A program made the translations under genes and the position numbers. Of a stretch of 64,000 bases of DNA, positions 1 through 26,200 are shown one piece after another (position 1 is the stretch's first letter; each line of letters starts with the position of its first letter). The stretch covers positions 8,130,232-8,194,231 of the forward strand of contig CM082589.2 of NCBI GenBank assembly GCA_040954595.2, read 5' to 3'. Under the pieces are notes generated by a model, which worked only from the letters and a program-made list of their open reading frames with translations, ran no database searches and was not told where the DNA came from. The stretch is from Balanoglossus misakiensis. Lineage: Eukaryota; Animalia; Hemichordata.

Positions 1-344
1 TTATATGTGCACTGCCATAGTTTCCATGTCTTTCATATATACACCCACTTCGCCATTGCTCGGACGCCTCGACCAAAATGGCCACAATGTAACACAAGGA
101 CCCAGCTATACTGATTGACTAATTTTACATTCACAAGAGGTGGCCCAACATCCGCTATTACGGGGGTGAGATCCCCTCCAAAATCCATTTTTTTTTCAAT
201 TAATTTGTAATTATTTCATTATTTCTTATTCTTTGCAATTTCTGAATAATTGCTTCACATGGTAAGATATCTTTCAACAAAAAATGCCTCAATAAGTTAC
301 ATTCCACCATTTTCACAATTGTACGGGATATCTCATATTTGCAG

Positions 345-1557
345 GAAGACGCCGACATTCAGTGGAAATATTCCCGCTCAGAGTTATGGATGAGTTATTT
401 CGGTGAGGGCGCTGCTCTGCCTCCTCCGTTTAATTTGCTGCCAAGCAGACTTTCTCTGCAGAACTGTTTTTATCGTCTGAAGCAAGGTTTATGCAAAGTA
501 TCAGATCAAGCAGCACTGGTAAGTTTTTTTTACATTTTGAAATGCTACTCAAACTCTTCTTGTGTGAGTCCAACGTCATTATCATGTAAAGTTCAGGAGA
601 TCAAAAACTGATGGGAAGTCAACAATATTGTAATCGTCATAGCGGTACATATGTGGTTTCCGAAAACCACATATGTGTGACTAGTATGTAAAGGTGTCCA
701 TATATAAAACGACACCAGATTGGAAACATCTTCTCTTTCAGGAGAATGTATTTTTAAATTCCAACATTCTAAATCTACTCTGCTATTATCTATTTGTAGC
801 AAAGACAGTCCGTGGTTGAAGTAAAGTTAAAGGAATACCAGGTAAGACTGGATAACTTGTGAAAAGATTTATTGCAGAAACTAATAAGCTTTGTCTACAG
901 TTTGAAAATGTTCTTGTCATTTTATCATATCTTCAAAGTCCCATTTGTACCGAATTAAATTATCAAGAAAAAACATCAAAGCGGAGACATATAATTGTTT
1001 TGTCAGGCCGTTTTTGTCTACAGAAAACAATGCTAAACTCACCAACCTTGACGTGTTGTTTGTTTGATGGAGTTCAACAATCGATTTCAATTTGATAGGA
1101 TGGAAATTGACTGCGCACACACTTTGATTTACAGGACGTCGTACAAGACGCTGTCAGACGCTATCACTTCGAAAAGCAACGAGACGAAGAAGAAGAAGCA
1201 GATCCGTGGCTAGTTCAGTTAAAGCAAGACATTTCCGGTTTCAAATACGACATGTTTGAAGCTCTCGGAGAAATGGACAATAAGATCAACCACGTACAGG
1301 CGAAAGTTGAAGATCGTGACGTCACCGAAACTCGCGGTGGCCCGGGCAGCGAGATGTTCCATCTGCTACAAGATGCCGTTTCGGCCGAGCCCCCGGATCG
1401 ATATGCCTCGCTGCAGTTCATTGATGAGGAAGAGGAGGAGGAGGAGGAGAATCAAGACAGAGGATCTCGATTTACATTGTCCAGTATTCAATCACCAAGT
1501 ACTGCAACCGCTTTGAGTCAGCCTGTTAGCCGTGCCCCCAGTTTTCCAATCATTTAA
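345..1557 (+). CDS. TRPC/TRP-gamma-like cation channel, 3' end (last 3 exons; gene starts upstream of the window)
   Basis: Exons 345-518, 800-841 and 1135-1557 all have AG/GT boundaries and are phase 0. Joined translation: [34 protein letters not shown]...[14 protein letters not shown]|[12 protein letters not shown]...[14 protein letters not shown]...PSFPII*. This carries a TRP box (EWKFAR-like), the proline-rich LPPPFN motif and the C-terminal KQDISxFxY coiled coil of TRPC channels. AATAAA at 1720-1725. Confidence 0.88.
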
Positions 1558-3006
1558 GAGTTCTCTAATTAAGGATGTACGCGCAGAACTTACACTGGTA
1601 AACAGTGCGTGTGCGTCTCTTTCTAATAGGATTACATTGATAATTGCTAGAAAACATACCTACTATTGTCAATGTCACGAACTTTTACACACAGTTCAGT
1701 CAACTTAATTCAATGGTCAAATAAAACCATATGGTCACCGCGCTCTATTTTAAGATAAATTTCGTTAAAATTGCTGCCCATAGACAAACCATCGATGAAA
1801 AATACTGAGTCAGCAGTTTTCTTCTATTATCAACTGAATACATGGCATGGCTCTGTATTTCAAAAACCACAATTCAAAGAAATGACAATCCATTCAATTT
1901 TACTGAACGTACATCCTTAAGTATTTACCCATGATTTTCTTGTTCACTCAAACGTGAACTTGTCTTTAATCAATGTGCTTTTTAATCTTGAGTTAGGAAA
2001 AGTACTGGCTTTTACCATTGTCCGTTTCTGTTGCCAGTATTCTGTAGCTCTACCATGGGGGCAAACTCGAATTGGGTGTATCAAATGAAGTAAAGATATG
2101 GAAATTGCGTTTTGATGTCCATGTTCTAAAATAATGCAGTCTATTTCGAAACGAAGCACAGTGTCACACAACATGGTTTGGAGAAAAAACAACAACTTTA
2201 TTATTAGCTGTTCCGGCACCTTCTTATAGAATGATCTAGATACACATCTGATCGATTTATTGTAGGTAAATACTTAGTACATGTGTAAAAAAATGAAATG
2301 AACATCCATTCGTGATTCTAAACGGCGGAGTGTTTTAAGACTGACGGTTACACGTACCAAGCGAGAGTTATACTTATTACGTGCAACTTATACCATAGTG
2401 TAGATGACCAAAAAGTTAAATTAACGACTATCGATGTTGACTAATATTTAACAATGTCAATTCGCCATGCGTTGAAGCACAATTTTCTCTTTAAATATAC
2501 TAATTGACATGCATAAATCTTATACAGACAATAAAATTGCCGTTAACGCACCACATCTTAATTTAGAACAAAATTGAAATATATTGTCAAAGGTATTGTT
2601 ACTGTAGTGAATTGTCTATAACTCTGTGTTGCTTGCAAAGACAAAATGTACTTAACTATGTTGATTAAAAACACCCCTATCAAATCCACAATATATTCTA
2701 CATCCCTTTATTCCACACGAGAAAATCCATTGCAAATACATGATTTTTACTATGGGTATCACGCATTATTGTTCGTCATTTATTAAAAACGCTCAAAGTG
2801 TATCCTTTTTTATTAAAAAAAGAAAGATTATTCTTTCTTTTTCATTTGTTGTTTAACTTTGATGGACAAATTCAGTCCGAAAGAGAGAGAAAAATAAATA
2901 CCTGTTGCCAACTCAAACATAGTATACATGGCTTCCCTTTCTTGTAGATGATATATTAGAATGGATTGTTTTTTGTATCCGTTATATAAACAGGATAATG
3001 AGTATT

Positions 3007-10002
<6,996 letters not shown>

Positions 10003-12824
10003 GGCTATCAATATCGATTCTTTGGTTGGTTGGTTGGTTGGTTTGTTGTTGATTGATTGATTGATGGCCTTGGTAGCTAGTTTAAAAGCAACATATTATT
10101 TCACGCAAATTCTCTATAAATAAACCTATGATCACATGCATTCAATTGAACAATTTTCAATTAGTAAATCAGAATAACAATATAATGAAAAGGTACACTT
10201 TTCAAGTATATAAGAAGTGTACTCAATGCAGTCAGTATACATTTACTTGGATTTTTTTGCAGATTCAATCACAATTGTGACGACTGTGACGAGCCATGAA
10301 TGTTTTGTTTAATAAAACGAATTGTATTTAGTCCTTGGGCGCCAAGTCTATGCATGGTCAATTCCCCCCAGCTCTGTATGTAATGGTGGTTATTGCACAG
10401 CTGTCACATGTCTGTATTATTTTTACTGTTAATGATTAACCATGGAATTGAATTACATCAGTAATCGTATCAGTCATACACTATGGTGTGGTTTATCAAC
10501 TGCGAATGGATTTTTACTGCAATTTTCGCAAGAAATATCAAAACAGCATTAATGCCTAGCTATAGTGTCATATTAATTGTTATACATACATTAAATTTTA
10601 TTTTGCGCAGAACTAGATAAGACTATGTGTTGGTACATGGAGCGTAGTTGACAAAGCGTGTGCTATCCATCATTATATGTAAACATTTGATGGTAATGAT
10701 GAGTGTATGTTTGGTGGCGAAAACACTGACGTAGGTGAACACAATTAAAATATTCTTGTGTGGACGTTTTATAATGAAATCTACACTGGTGTTCAAAGTA
10801 AATGAATCAGCATACTTTGCAAAAAAAAGCAAATTTTCCTGCGTAATATTAGCGATCGGAAACACGTCAGTGAAATATAAAACAAAGAATTTACGGCAAT
10901 CAGATAATGCTTATACTTACGTATTTAGTGGCACTTCCCTGTATGTTATACAGTAAGTGATATTGCACTGTTTCCAGTGTGCTTCTTTACATAATCATTT
11001 AAGATGACGAACCCGTATCTTTTTTGCTCGTTACTATGGGTCGTCTCCGTTTGGGACATTACACTCCGTCCTAGACTAAACCGTTTTTAGAATCTAACAA
11101 GGGGCTGGTAACTAGTTGAAAATCTGCAGGACTATGAGCGCGCGCCCCCTGACGCAATGCATATGCAAATTCGATAGGTCAAATTCAAAATCCAGTTACT
11201 GCATGCAGGACGCGCACGCTATCGCTGACTGCTGCTTCGCCGTATTAGCGTGGCGGCCTATGGCCGGGCGGCAGCTGCCGTAACCATATTCGGACAGGTG
11301 CATGTGCACACAATTGTGCGTATTTTCAACAAGTTACAGTCCTCTTGATCGTAGCGGTGTCGTTCAAAACTGATCGTACTGTCTTATAAACGCCCATAGC
11401 AACGGGAAAAAAGATACGGGTGCCCCGCCTTAAAACTGACGTGCAAGCGAATGACACATCGTGCATAATTTTATGGACGCTGAACCCTGGGGCTGGGTTT
11501 ATAAGCAGCTTACTCGTTGGACACGTAAGAGCTTGTGCTGTGTTGTTTTTCCCAAGCTGTTGCAGTTATTTATTTGGAAATGATAGAGGTTGGCCAACCT
11601 TTTCCAAGAAAAACACGCCACTTCTTTTGCCATAAATCTGACTTTAAAATCCCTCTTTAACATAGTTAAACCCATACCTCTATGAAATTATTGTAGGCCT
11701 AACACTCGTCGACCGGTTGTGGCGCTGTAATTGGGTTGGGATGAGCTGAGTCGTACACCCAAATATCACTTCTCGAACGGGCAACTACGCTTTAAAGGGC
11801 GATAATCGTCTTATGCGCATGTGCCAAACCAGAGACTGTGGTTACAAAAATGGTATACAGTCAATGCCATAAGGCAGTGTGCACGGCTGTCCTAACACCA
11901 TACAAGATGGCGGCGGTAAAGGACCCGCGAGCTCGAGCTTGCAGTGTCAAACGTAAAAAATCACCCACTCCCATCATGCTTAGACGATGCCAAATTTTTT
12001 GTAGGATTCATGAATAATCCCCACAATGGGATAAAAATGTGTAATGCACTCAATATGCAATTATTTATGTTTCTACTACTTTAAATAATGCAAAAAAAAA
12101 GAAGTACAAACAGCCGATCTAAAAGAAACTACTCTACATGTACACAAATTGAAATCCGTTTAACAGGTCATTTACACGGACGTTTCTCAAGTGTTCCATT
12201 TTTTCAACGCAATACAATGTCCAACTTCTCTTACCATACTGACCATGTTCATGTAATTGCGTAATACTAGTCTCTGAGAGGCTTTAATTGTGTAGCATAT
12301 ATATATATATGGTAAGAATAAGTAGATGTTCCAAAAGTGCGTTCTTTACATCAAATTCCAAGCATTAAGTAATATATCAAATCACGATAAATGGTAAATT
12401 TTCTCAAAAAAGCTTTAACGAGGGAGCAAATCGATGTAATATAGAATCGGGGTATTCGGAACAGTAATTACAAAGCTCGCTGTCATCTTTACCCAGTTTC
12501 TTTAAAACCTTGTTTGTATATAGAACTGATATTTATGTGAAGAAGATGAAATTGAAAAATTCTACATTTAGATCCAGTTGTATTTCTATACTGGCTGCAA
12601 AGAACCAAGTGGTGACATTGCAATGATGCCATGCTCTTTCAAATAGCACACTGTACAATTTAAAGTTATCACACCCTAACCTTGACATTTATGCGCAATA
12701 TTTATGTTCTCAAGTGTAACTTTGATTGGCACAAAAATCTGGAGTTTGTTAAGTCCAATTCCGTCCTTGCAGAGTCCCAAACTTGATGAATGAGCCATCA
12801 AATCCAATGGGCTTCATACACACT

Positions 12825-18354
<5,530 letters not shown>

Positions 18355-19599
18355 TCTTGGGTTGTGTGGATTAACACTTGCACAGGTCGTATTAACCACT
18401 TCAGCCAAGGCGAGGTAAGTTTCCTAAAGGGATAATGAAAACAACCTTAATCAAGGACAAAACGCGGACACGCATTTAGCATTCGGCCGTCAATTTTCAA
18501 CCTTTGATTAATAACTTTACTTTCAACAATCGACGTCTCTCCGATTTTTTTTTAATTTCAAGCCCCACATTTTGTATAGTTACCCAACCGATCCCCGGCC
18601 ATGCAGGAAAAAACTGCCCAGACGTCCCTGAGAAACGTGACAATAAATATTTAATATAAACGCATATTGTAGATCTGGGCCTTAGTGTATAGTAAATACT
18701 TAACGATTTTTTTTCAATATACAATGTGTAATCTTTTTTGATTGCAGATCACACAGATCAATGTACGTACGGCGTGGGGGACTTTTAAATATAACATACT
18801 TAATCCTATGCCATATGTTACCACGAGCATACGAAAAACGCCATTTTCCCCGATAACATTCTTTGGGCTAACAAAGGTACTTCTATACACGTGGTGACAT
18901 AATTTGTTAGTCACAAGCATCATCGTCATGGTCGTAATACTATTCAGACGGAAACTGAACATTTTACGTTATGAAACATACTCATTTAGGCCTAGTGAAA
19001 TCTCAAACTAAATTATAACGAAATTTTAAGGTTTGGGGTTTCGTTCACAGTGCAAATATATAATAGACTATTTATTACTACGGAGGCTGTGCACTCACAC
19101 TGTTGTATAAGTTCAGGAGACATTTTTTTCGTGAATTATATTGATTAAGAAATGACAAACGATAATGTCGTTTAGTTACCGGCAAACTACAGTGAAACCA
19201 CGCCACAAATGAACACATTTACCATTTAATAAAACTGAATCATGACCAAACTCTGTTAGCTGTAAACATACCGCATGGAAAACGCGTGGCTAACACTGAA
19301 TGCGCTTTACCAGTAGTATTTGTTGGCGGTGTGAATAAATGGAGGGTGATAAATAAAAACATTTTTGTTTAATATTTATTTTAAATTGTCGCAACTGCTG
19401 GAGCCGAAAATTCGTAGAAAACAAGGCACGATTTTGAACCTGTGTTACTGAGCGAACTTGAATTGTGTCGTCTGCTCGCTATCGCCTGTCGCCATCATCA
19501 CGGCGGGCATATGCATCCCACAAACACACGTCATCCCTCCGTTGTTGTGACGGACGTTTATCTGTCGCGACTACATTTAAAATGGTGAAGTAACACTTA

Positions 19600-19800
19600 C
19601 CTCGACTTGTGGAAATAAAACGGCGTGCTGATAGTAGCAGCTTATAACGGACGTCAACCAAATTGCAATTAGTAAAAATCGGAAGTTGTAGAAAATATCC
19701 GCCAATACAACGAGCTGGTGGTGGAGAGTACCGTTAGTCATGTGTCACAGCAGTTAGATAGGACGCGCGCGCTTGACACAACATGATGCCAACTATAGTG
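19600..19800 (-). promoter_or_regulatory. Putative promoter and first non-coding exon of GH9 paralog 2 (duplicated at ~22911-23111)
   Basis: CpG-enriched segment with CCAAT (~19701), ETS-like CGGAAGT (~19680) and CRE-like GACGTCA (~19650), followed on the minus strand by a strong donor GAG|GTAAGT near 19601. A matching acceptor lies at 18423. Inference only. Confidence 0.35.
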
Positions 19801-20488
19801 GCCACGTGTGTTGGTCCATTTCTAGGCACGTCATAGAACAGTATAATCTGTAAAACGTATTATGGTTGATATAGCAATCATTTTAAAACGGGTCTTGTAT
19901 CATCATGAAACCATGCGTGATGCACGTAAAGTTAACAGTGGCCCAGCTTTATTGTTCCATGACGCCCGTGATTGACTCCATACACTGTATCATGTAAACA
20001 TACAAGCGCTGGAGGCCCTGCAGAAATAGACTTTACATGGCCGATACAACGGTGTTTGCATAATGTAGAAGATAATCATATGAAAGCATTTGTGAAATCA
20101 AACATCCAATCAGATACTTGAATTATAATAACCAAGTAACCCACAATAAAAGAGGGAAACATAGCAACCAGTTTCTATGTATGTAAATTTTGTAAAGCAG
20201 TGATAGACTTACAATTCATACATTTACCATAAACAATACACTTACCCTTTCCATTCGCAAGTTAGGTTTCATGTATGACACTTACCGTCAACAAAGTTTC
20301 ATGACTTTGTTTAACACTTACCGTCAACAAATATATGTACCACGTTCTACAAAGTTCCAGACTCGAAGAGGTCATTTTAATCAGAAATCAACACTCAAGA
20401 AAACACTAACATAATTATACCAGACTTGTCGGCTCAATGCAAGGCATAATCCCTTCAAACAATTTTCCAACAAAGTTGAACGTAAGTA

Positions 20489-20685
20489 CTGTAAAACACT
20501 TTATTTTCGCGAGCATTAAATTTACGCTAAATACGCGAGAGCAAAAAAAACGCGAAAATAAAGACTCGCATACATATAGTTGTGAAAGAACAATGTGTGA
20601 AAACGCGAAAATTTATACTCGCGTAACAGTGGCCTCTCTCGATATCGCGAAAAATTTGACTCGCGAAAAAAAAAGTGTTTTACAG
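20489..20685. mobile_element. Tc1/mariner-type MITE (TA TSD); second copy at 23800-23996 via the duplication
   Basis: TA|CTGTAAAACAC...GTGTTTTACAG|TA with internal CGCGA repeats. Confidence 0.8.
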
Positions 20686-20849
20686 TAGTTAGTACTAAAG
20701 GTTATCTTGTGCAGCTAAAAGTGCAAGTTTTCAAACTTTACTTTACTTGGGACAAACCCTTTACATATCCGCCTTCGAAAAGCGGATAGTCCTTTGCTTG
20801 ACGGGATCTGTACCTTGTCTCAAGACATGGTTTTTCTCCTCAGACTTAC

Positions 20850-22313
20850 CACAGCTCATGACGGTTTTCTCTGATTCTGAACCAACCCAGTACTTCTGGT
20901 AAGGGTATCCTCTGTTTAGCCAATCATTGCACGTTTTCATAACTAAAAAAGATCAGATGTGTTTCATGTGAAGAAATAGAACACGCTCTTGATGTTAGAT
21001 GAATTCACATGATGTGCGTATAATGTACGTATAATGTTAAATTCTATTCAAGTGTCATTCAAAGTGAAGGGGTCATCGCATCGCGTTTGTTTGCTTGTTT
21101 ATAAACATTACAATTCATCCACAAATCCCTAAAATTAGATAATTCTTAGAATGAACGAAGCAGCAAACGGTAGCATAGACTGGGCATGACAGCAACTGAA
21201 GATCCCAGTATGTCGTGAGGTTTGTGCTGTTATGGGGGACATATTCTCGTCAATGGGGACACCCACGCGGCGCGACGACCCATTCCCGTTAACCTCTCCT
21301 GAAATTGATTTTATAAATAACGATTCAAATATAGTGAGACTAGCTGGGAGTCTACAGGTATAGGTTTAACAAAACACGTAACACTTATCATACCTTCATA
21401 GCAACCAAACAGCTCCATGCGTACACAGATATTAAGCTCCCACTTAATCGGGTGTATTCGTATATACCTGGCGAACACTGGAGAGTTCAGTTCGTACGTA
21501 TGGCTTACATGGGCATACATCGTACCGAATATGTCCTGCAAATTCAAATGAATGAACATATTAGTTTATGTTACATATGTGCCATGACATCAATTTGTCG
21601 CTGGATGGGGGTTGTGGGAACGCCAGAAATTCCATCCAAAATCCCCAAATTAAACTGTCAAGATATTCCATACTGGTGTCACTTTTCATCGCGTTCACAA
21701 AGAGACGTTATTCCTTCTGCATTGAGTAATAAATACCCGAATTACATTTAGAGTATAGAATTGAAGACATCAATCGTTGATGATCTTTATTACTGTTATA
21801 TCAGCGTTTAGGCCAAAACAAATAATATGCGCTGCATAGGCAGGGAAATGTTTTTATTTTGCGATTTTTTTATTTCTCTGTCCGCCGTAGTAAAGATTGA
21901 CGTTAGAGTTCTCGCGTGGTTCACACAATTTAAATAAATTTTGTATATTTGACATCGTTATTTATACTTCCGGTTTACGAAGCTCTAAAAAGTTTAGGGT
22001 CGGCGGGTTGAAATTAGTGTAGATCGGGTAATCGGAACAGCACATATTTTTTTTTATTTCTTCAACAATTGAGAGATAAATACTAAATTTGAAGATAACG
22101 AGAATTAGTCAGTTTTTATTTTGTAGTATAGTATAATGCAACCCAGTAAAAGAAATGAAAGATAGTAAACAACACGAAAATAAAAAAAATTGGTTTAACC
22201 TTTACACGTCCTTGCTCTGTGTACCATGTGAAATCTTGGCCATCGATACTGTAGTCCATCCTATAGCGTAGTACTCTGTCAGATCTGCAACCGACATCAC
22301 CTCGTAGTTCAAT
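20850..22313 (-). pseudogene. Duplicated copy of the 3' exons of the mosaic lectin gene
   Basis: Exons 22313-22200 (IELRGDVG..GRVK), 21535-21394 (DIFGTM..GCYE) and 20942-20850 (VMKTCNDW..MSC) are copies of 25623-25510, 24846-24705 and 24253-24161. Confidence 0.75.
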
Positions 22314-23242
22314 CTAGAAAATGTATATATAATAGAAAATATCAAAAATCTATGATTCAACTACAGGTATTTAGTGATATGAAATACCTTTCCGGGATTT
22401 TAGGTTTTACCGTCCATTGCGTAGAGAATTATCTGAGCAATTTGTAGAGACCAGAGAGAATCTTTTATTGATACACTTAAAACAGCAAATAGTTGTTGTT
22501 TTTGTCACTTTTAAAATAAAGTTCGCTTGATGATGTGAAATGAAACTTACTGTAGACTATATTGTGAATTTCTTCGTATTTAGTCTGTGTGAGCGTTTTC
22601 TGAGCGTTTTGTGAGCGTTTTCAGTAGTATTTGTTGGCGGTGTGAATAAATGGAGGGTGATAAATAAAAACATTTTTGTTTAATATTTATTTTAAATTGT
22701 CGCAACTGCTGGAGCCGAAAATTCGTAGAAAACAAGGCACGATTTTGAACCTGTGTTACTGAGCGAACTTGAATTGTGTCGTCTGCTCGCTATCGCCTGT
22801 CGCCATCATCACGGCGGGCATATGCATCCCACAAACACACGTCATCCCTCCGTTGTTGTGACGGACGTTTATCTGTCGCGACTACATTTAAAATGGTGAA
22901 GTAACACTTACCTCGACTTGTGGAAATAAAACGGCGTGCTGATAGTAGCAGCTTATAACGGACGTCAACCAAATTGCAATTAGTAAAAATCGGAAGTTGT
23001 AGAAAATATCCGCCAATACAACGAGCTGGTGGTGGAGAGTACCGTTAGTCATGTGTCACAGCAGTTAGATAGGACGCGCGCGCTTGACACAACATGATGC
23101 CAACTATAGTGGCCACGTGTGTTGGTCCATTTCTAGGCACGTCATAGAACAGTATAATCTGTAAAACGTATTATGGTTGATATAGCAATCATTTTAAAAC
23201 GGGTCTTGTATCATCATGAAACCATGCGTGATGCACGTAAAG

Positions 23243-26200
23243 TTAACAGTGGCCCAGCTTTATTGTTCCATGACGCCCGTGATTGACTCCATACACTGTA
23301 TCATGTAAACATACAAGCGCTGGAGGCCCTGCAGAAATAGACTTTACATGGCCGATACAACGGTGTTTGCATAATGTAGAAGATAATCATATGAAAGCAT
23401 TTGTGAAATCAAACATCCAATCAGATACTTGAATTATAATAACCAAGTAACCCACAATAAAAGAGGGAAACATAGCAACCAGTTTCTATGTATGTAAATT
23501 TTGTAAAGCAGTGATAGACTTACAATTCATACATTTACCATAAACAATACACTTACCCTTTCCATTCGCAAGTTAGGTTTCATGTATGACACTTACCGTC
23601 AACAAAGTTTCATGACTTTGTTTAACACTTACCGTCAACAAATATATGTACCACGTTCTACAAAGTTCCAGACTCGAAGAGGTCATTTTAATCAGAAATC
23701 AACACTCAAGAAAACACTAACATAATTATACCAGACTTGTCGGCTCAATGCAAGGCATAATCCCTTCAAACAATTTTCCAACAAAGTTGAACGTAAGTAC
23801 TGTAAAACACTTTATTTTCGCGAGCATTAAATTTACGCTAAATACGCGAGAGCAAAAAAAACGCGAAAATAAAGACTCGCATACATATAGTTGTGAAAGA
23901 ACAATGTGTGAAAACGCGAAAATTTATACTCGCGTAACAGTGGCCTCTCTCGATATCGCGAAAAATTTGACTCGCGAAAAAAAAAGTGTTTTACAGTAGT
24001 TAGTACTAAAGGTTATCTTGTGCAGCTAAAAGTGCAAGTTTTCAAACTTTACTTTACTTGGGACAAACCCTTTACATATCCGCCTTCGAAAAGCGGATAG
24101 TCCTTTGCTTGACGGGATCTGTACCTTGTCTCAAGACATGGTTTTTCTCCTCAGACTTACCACAGCTCATGACGGTTTTCTCTGATTCTGAACCAACCCA
24201 GTACTTCTGGTAAGGGTATCCTCTGTTTAGCCAATCATTGCACGTTTTCATAACTAAAAAAGATCAGATGTGTTTCATGTGAAGAAATAGAACACGCTCT
24301 TGATGTTAGATGAATTCACATGATGTGCGTATAATGTACGTATAATGTTAAATTCTATTCAAGTGTCATTCAAAGTGAAGGGGTCATCGCATCGCGTTTG
24401 TTTGCTTGTTTATAAACATTACAATTCATCCACAAATCCCTAAAATTAGATAATTCTTAGAATGAACGAAGCAGCAAACGGTAGCATAGACTGGGCATGA
24501 CAGCAACTGAAGATCCCAGTATGTCGTGAGGTTTGTGCTGTTATGGGGGACATATTCTCGTCAATGGGGACACCCACGCGGCGCGACGACCCATTCCCGT
24601 TAACCTCTCCTGAAATTGATTTTATAAATAACGATTCAAATATAGTGAGACTAGCTGGGAGTCTACAGGTATAGGTTTAACAAAACACGTAACACTTATC
24701 ATACCTTCATAGCAACCAAACAGCTCCATGCGTACACAGATATTAAGCTCCCACTTAATCGGGTGTATTCGTATATACCTGGCGAACACTGGAGAGTTCA
24801 GTTCGTACGTATGGCTTACATGGGCATACATCGTACCGAATATGTCCTGCAAATTCAAATGAATGAACATATTAGTTTATGTTACATATGTGCCATGACA
24901 TCAATTTGTCGCTGGATGGGGGTTGTGGGAACGCCAGAAATTCCATCCAAAATCCCCAAATTAAACTGTCAAGATATTCCATACTGGTGTCACTTTTCAT
25001 CGCGTTCACAAAGAGACGTTATTCCTTCTGCATTGAGTAATAAATACCCGAATTACATTTAGAGTATAGAATTGAAGACATCAATCGTTGATGATCTTTA
25101 TTACTGTTATATCAGCGTTTAGGCCAAAACAAATAATATGCGCTGCATAGGCAGGGAAATGTTTTTATTTTGCGATTTTTTTATTTCTCTGTCCGCCGTA
25201 GTAAAGATTGACGTTAGAGTTCTCGCGTGGTTCACACAATTTAAATAAATTTTGTATATTTGACATCGTTATTTATACTTCCGGTTTACGAAGCTCTAAA
25301 AAGTTTAGGGTCGGCGGGTTGAAATTAGTGTAGATCGGGTAATCGGAACAGCACATATTTTTTTTATTTCTTCAACAATTGAGAGATAAATACTAAATTT
25401 GAAGATAACGAGAATTAGTCAGTTTTTATTTTGTAGTATAGTATAATGCAACCCAGTAAAAGAAATGAAAGATAGTAAACAACACGAAAATAAAAAAAAT
25501 TGGTTTAACCTTTACACGTCCTTGCTCTGTGTACCATGTGAAATCTTGGCCATCGATACTGTAGTCCATCCTATAGCGTAGTACTCTGTCAGATCTGCAA
25601 CCGACATCACCTCGTAGTTCAATCTAGAAAATGTATATATAATAGAAAATATCAAAAATCTATGATTCAACTACAGGTATTTAGTGATATGAAATACCTT
25701 TCCGGGATTTTAGGTTTTACCGTCCATTGCGTAGAGAATTATCTGAGCAATTTGTAGAGACCAGAGAGAATCTTTTATTGATACACTTAAAACAGCAAAT
25801 AGTTGTTGTTTTTGTCACTTTTAAAATAAAGTTCGCTTGATGATGTGAAATGAAACTTACTGTAGACTATATTGTGAATTTCTTCGTATTTAGTCTGTGT
25901 GAGCGTTTTCTGAGACTACAGCTAAAATACTTGTTTTGTGGCCTATTTAGTTCATCCGCTGTTACAAGCATACAACGTTCCCCAGAAGTCTTTGAATGAA
26001 AAATGGAGTCGATATTCTATGATAGCAATAACTCCCGCCGAGGGTGGGTACACAGCTCGATAAAGCACAAATAATTCCATATATGGACTCGCTCTCCAAA
26101 TCTATATCACGTGGTATACCCTCTCTTGGCGGAAGGCTAATGCTTAAATAATGTAAATGACCTTTGACACATGAGTTGTCGCTTGCAGAGTGATCTGTAT

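Larger units (their letters stand above)
19311..25914. repeat. Near-identical 3.3-kb tandem segmental duplication (19311-22604 and 22622-25914)
   Basis: ORFs recur at a +3311 offset. The only difference noticed is one T in a poly-T run (offset becomes 3310). A 17-bp filler lies at 22605-22621. Confidence 0.97.

Noticed and set aside
19311-25914. Duplication as a pure assembly artefact
   Set aside because: Not excluded, but disfavoured because the junction has a novel templated filler that is absent from either outer boundary.
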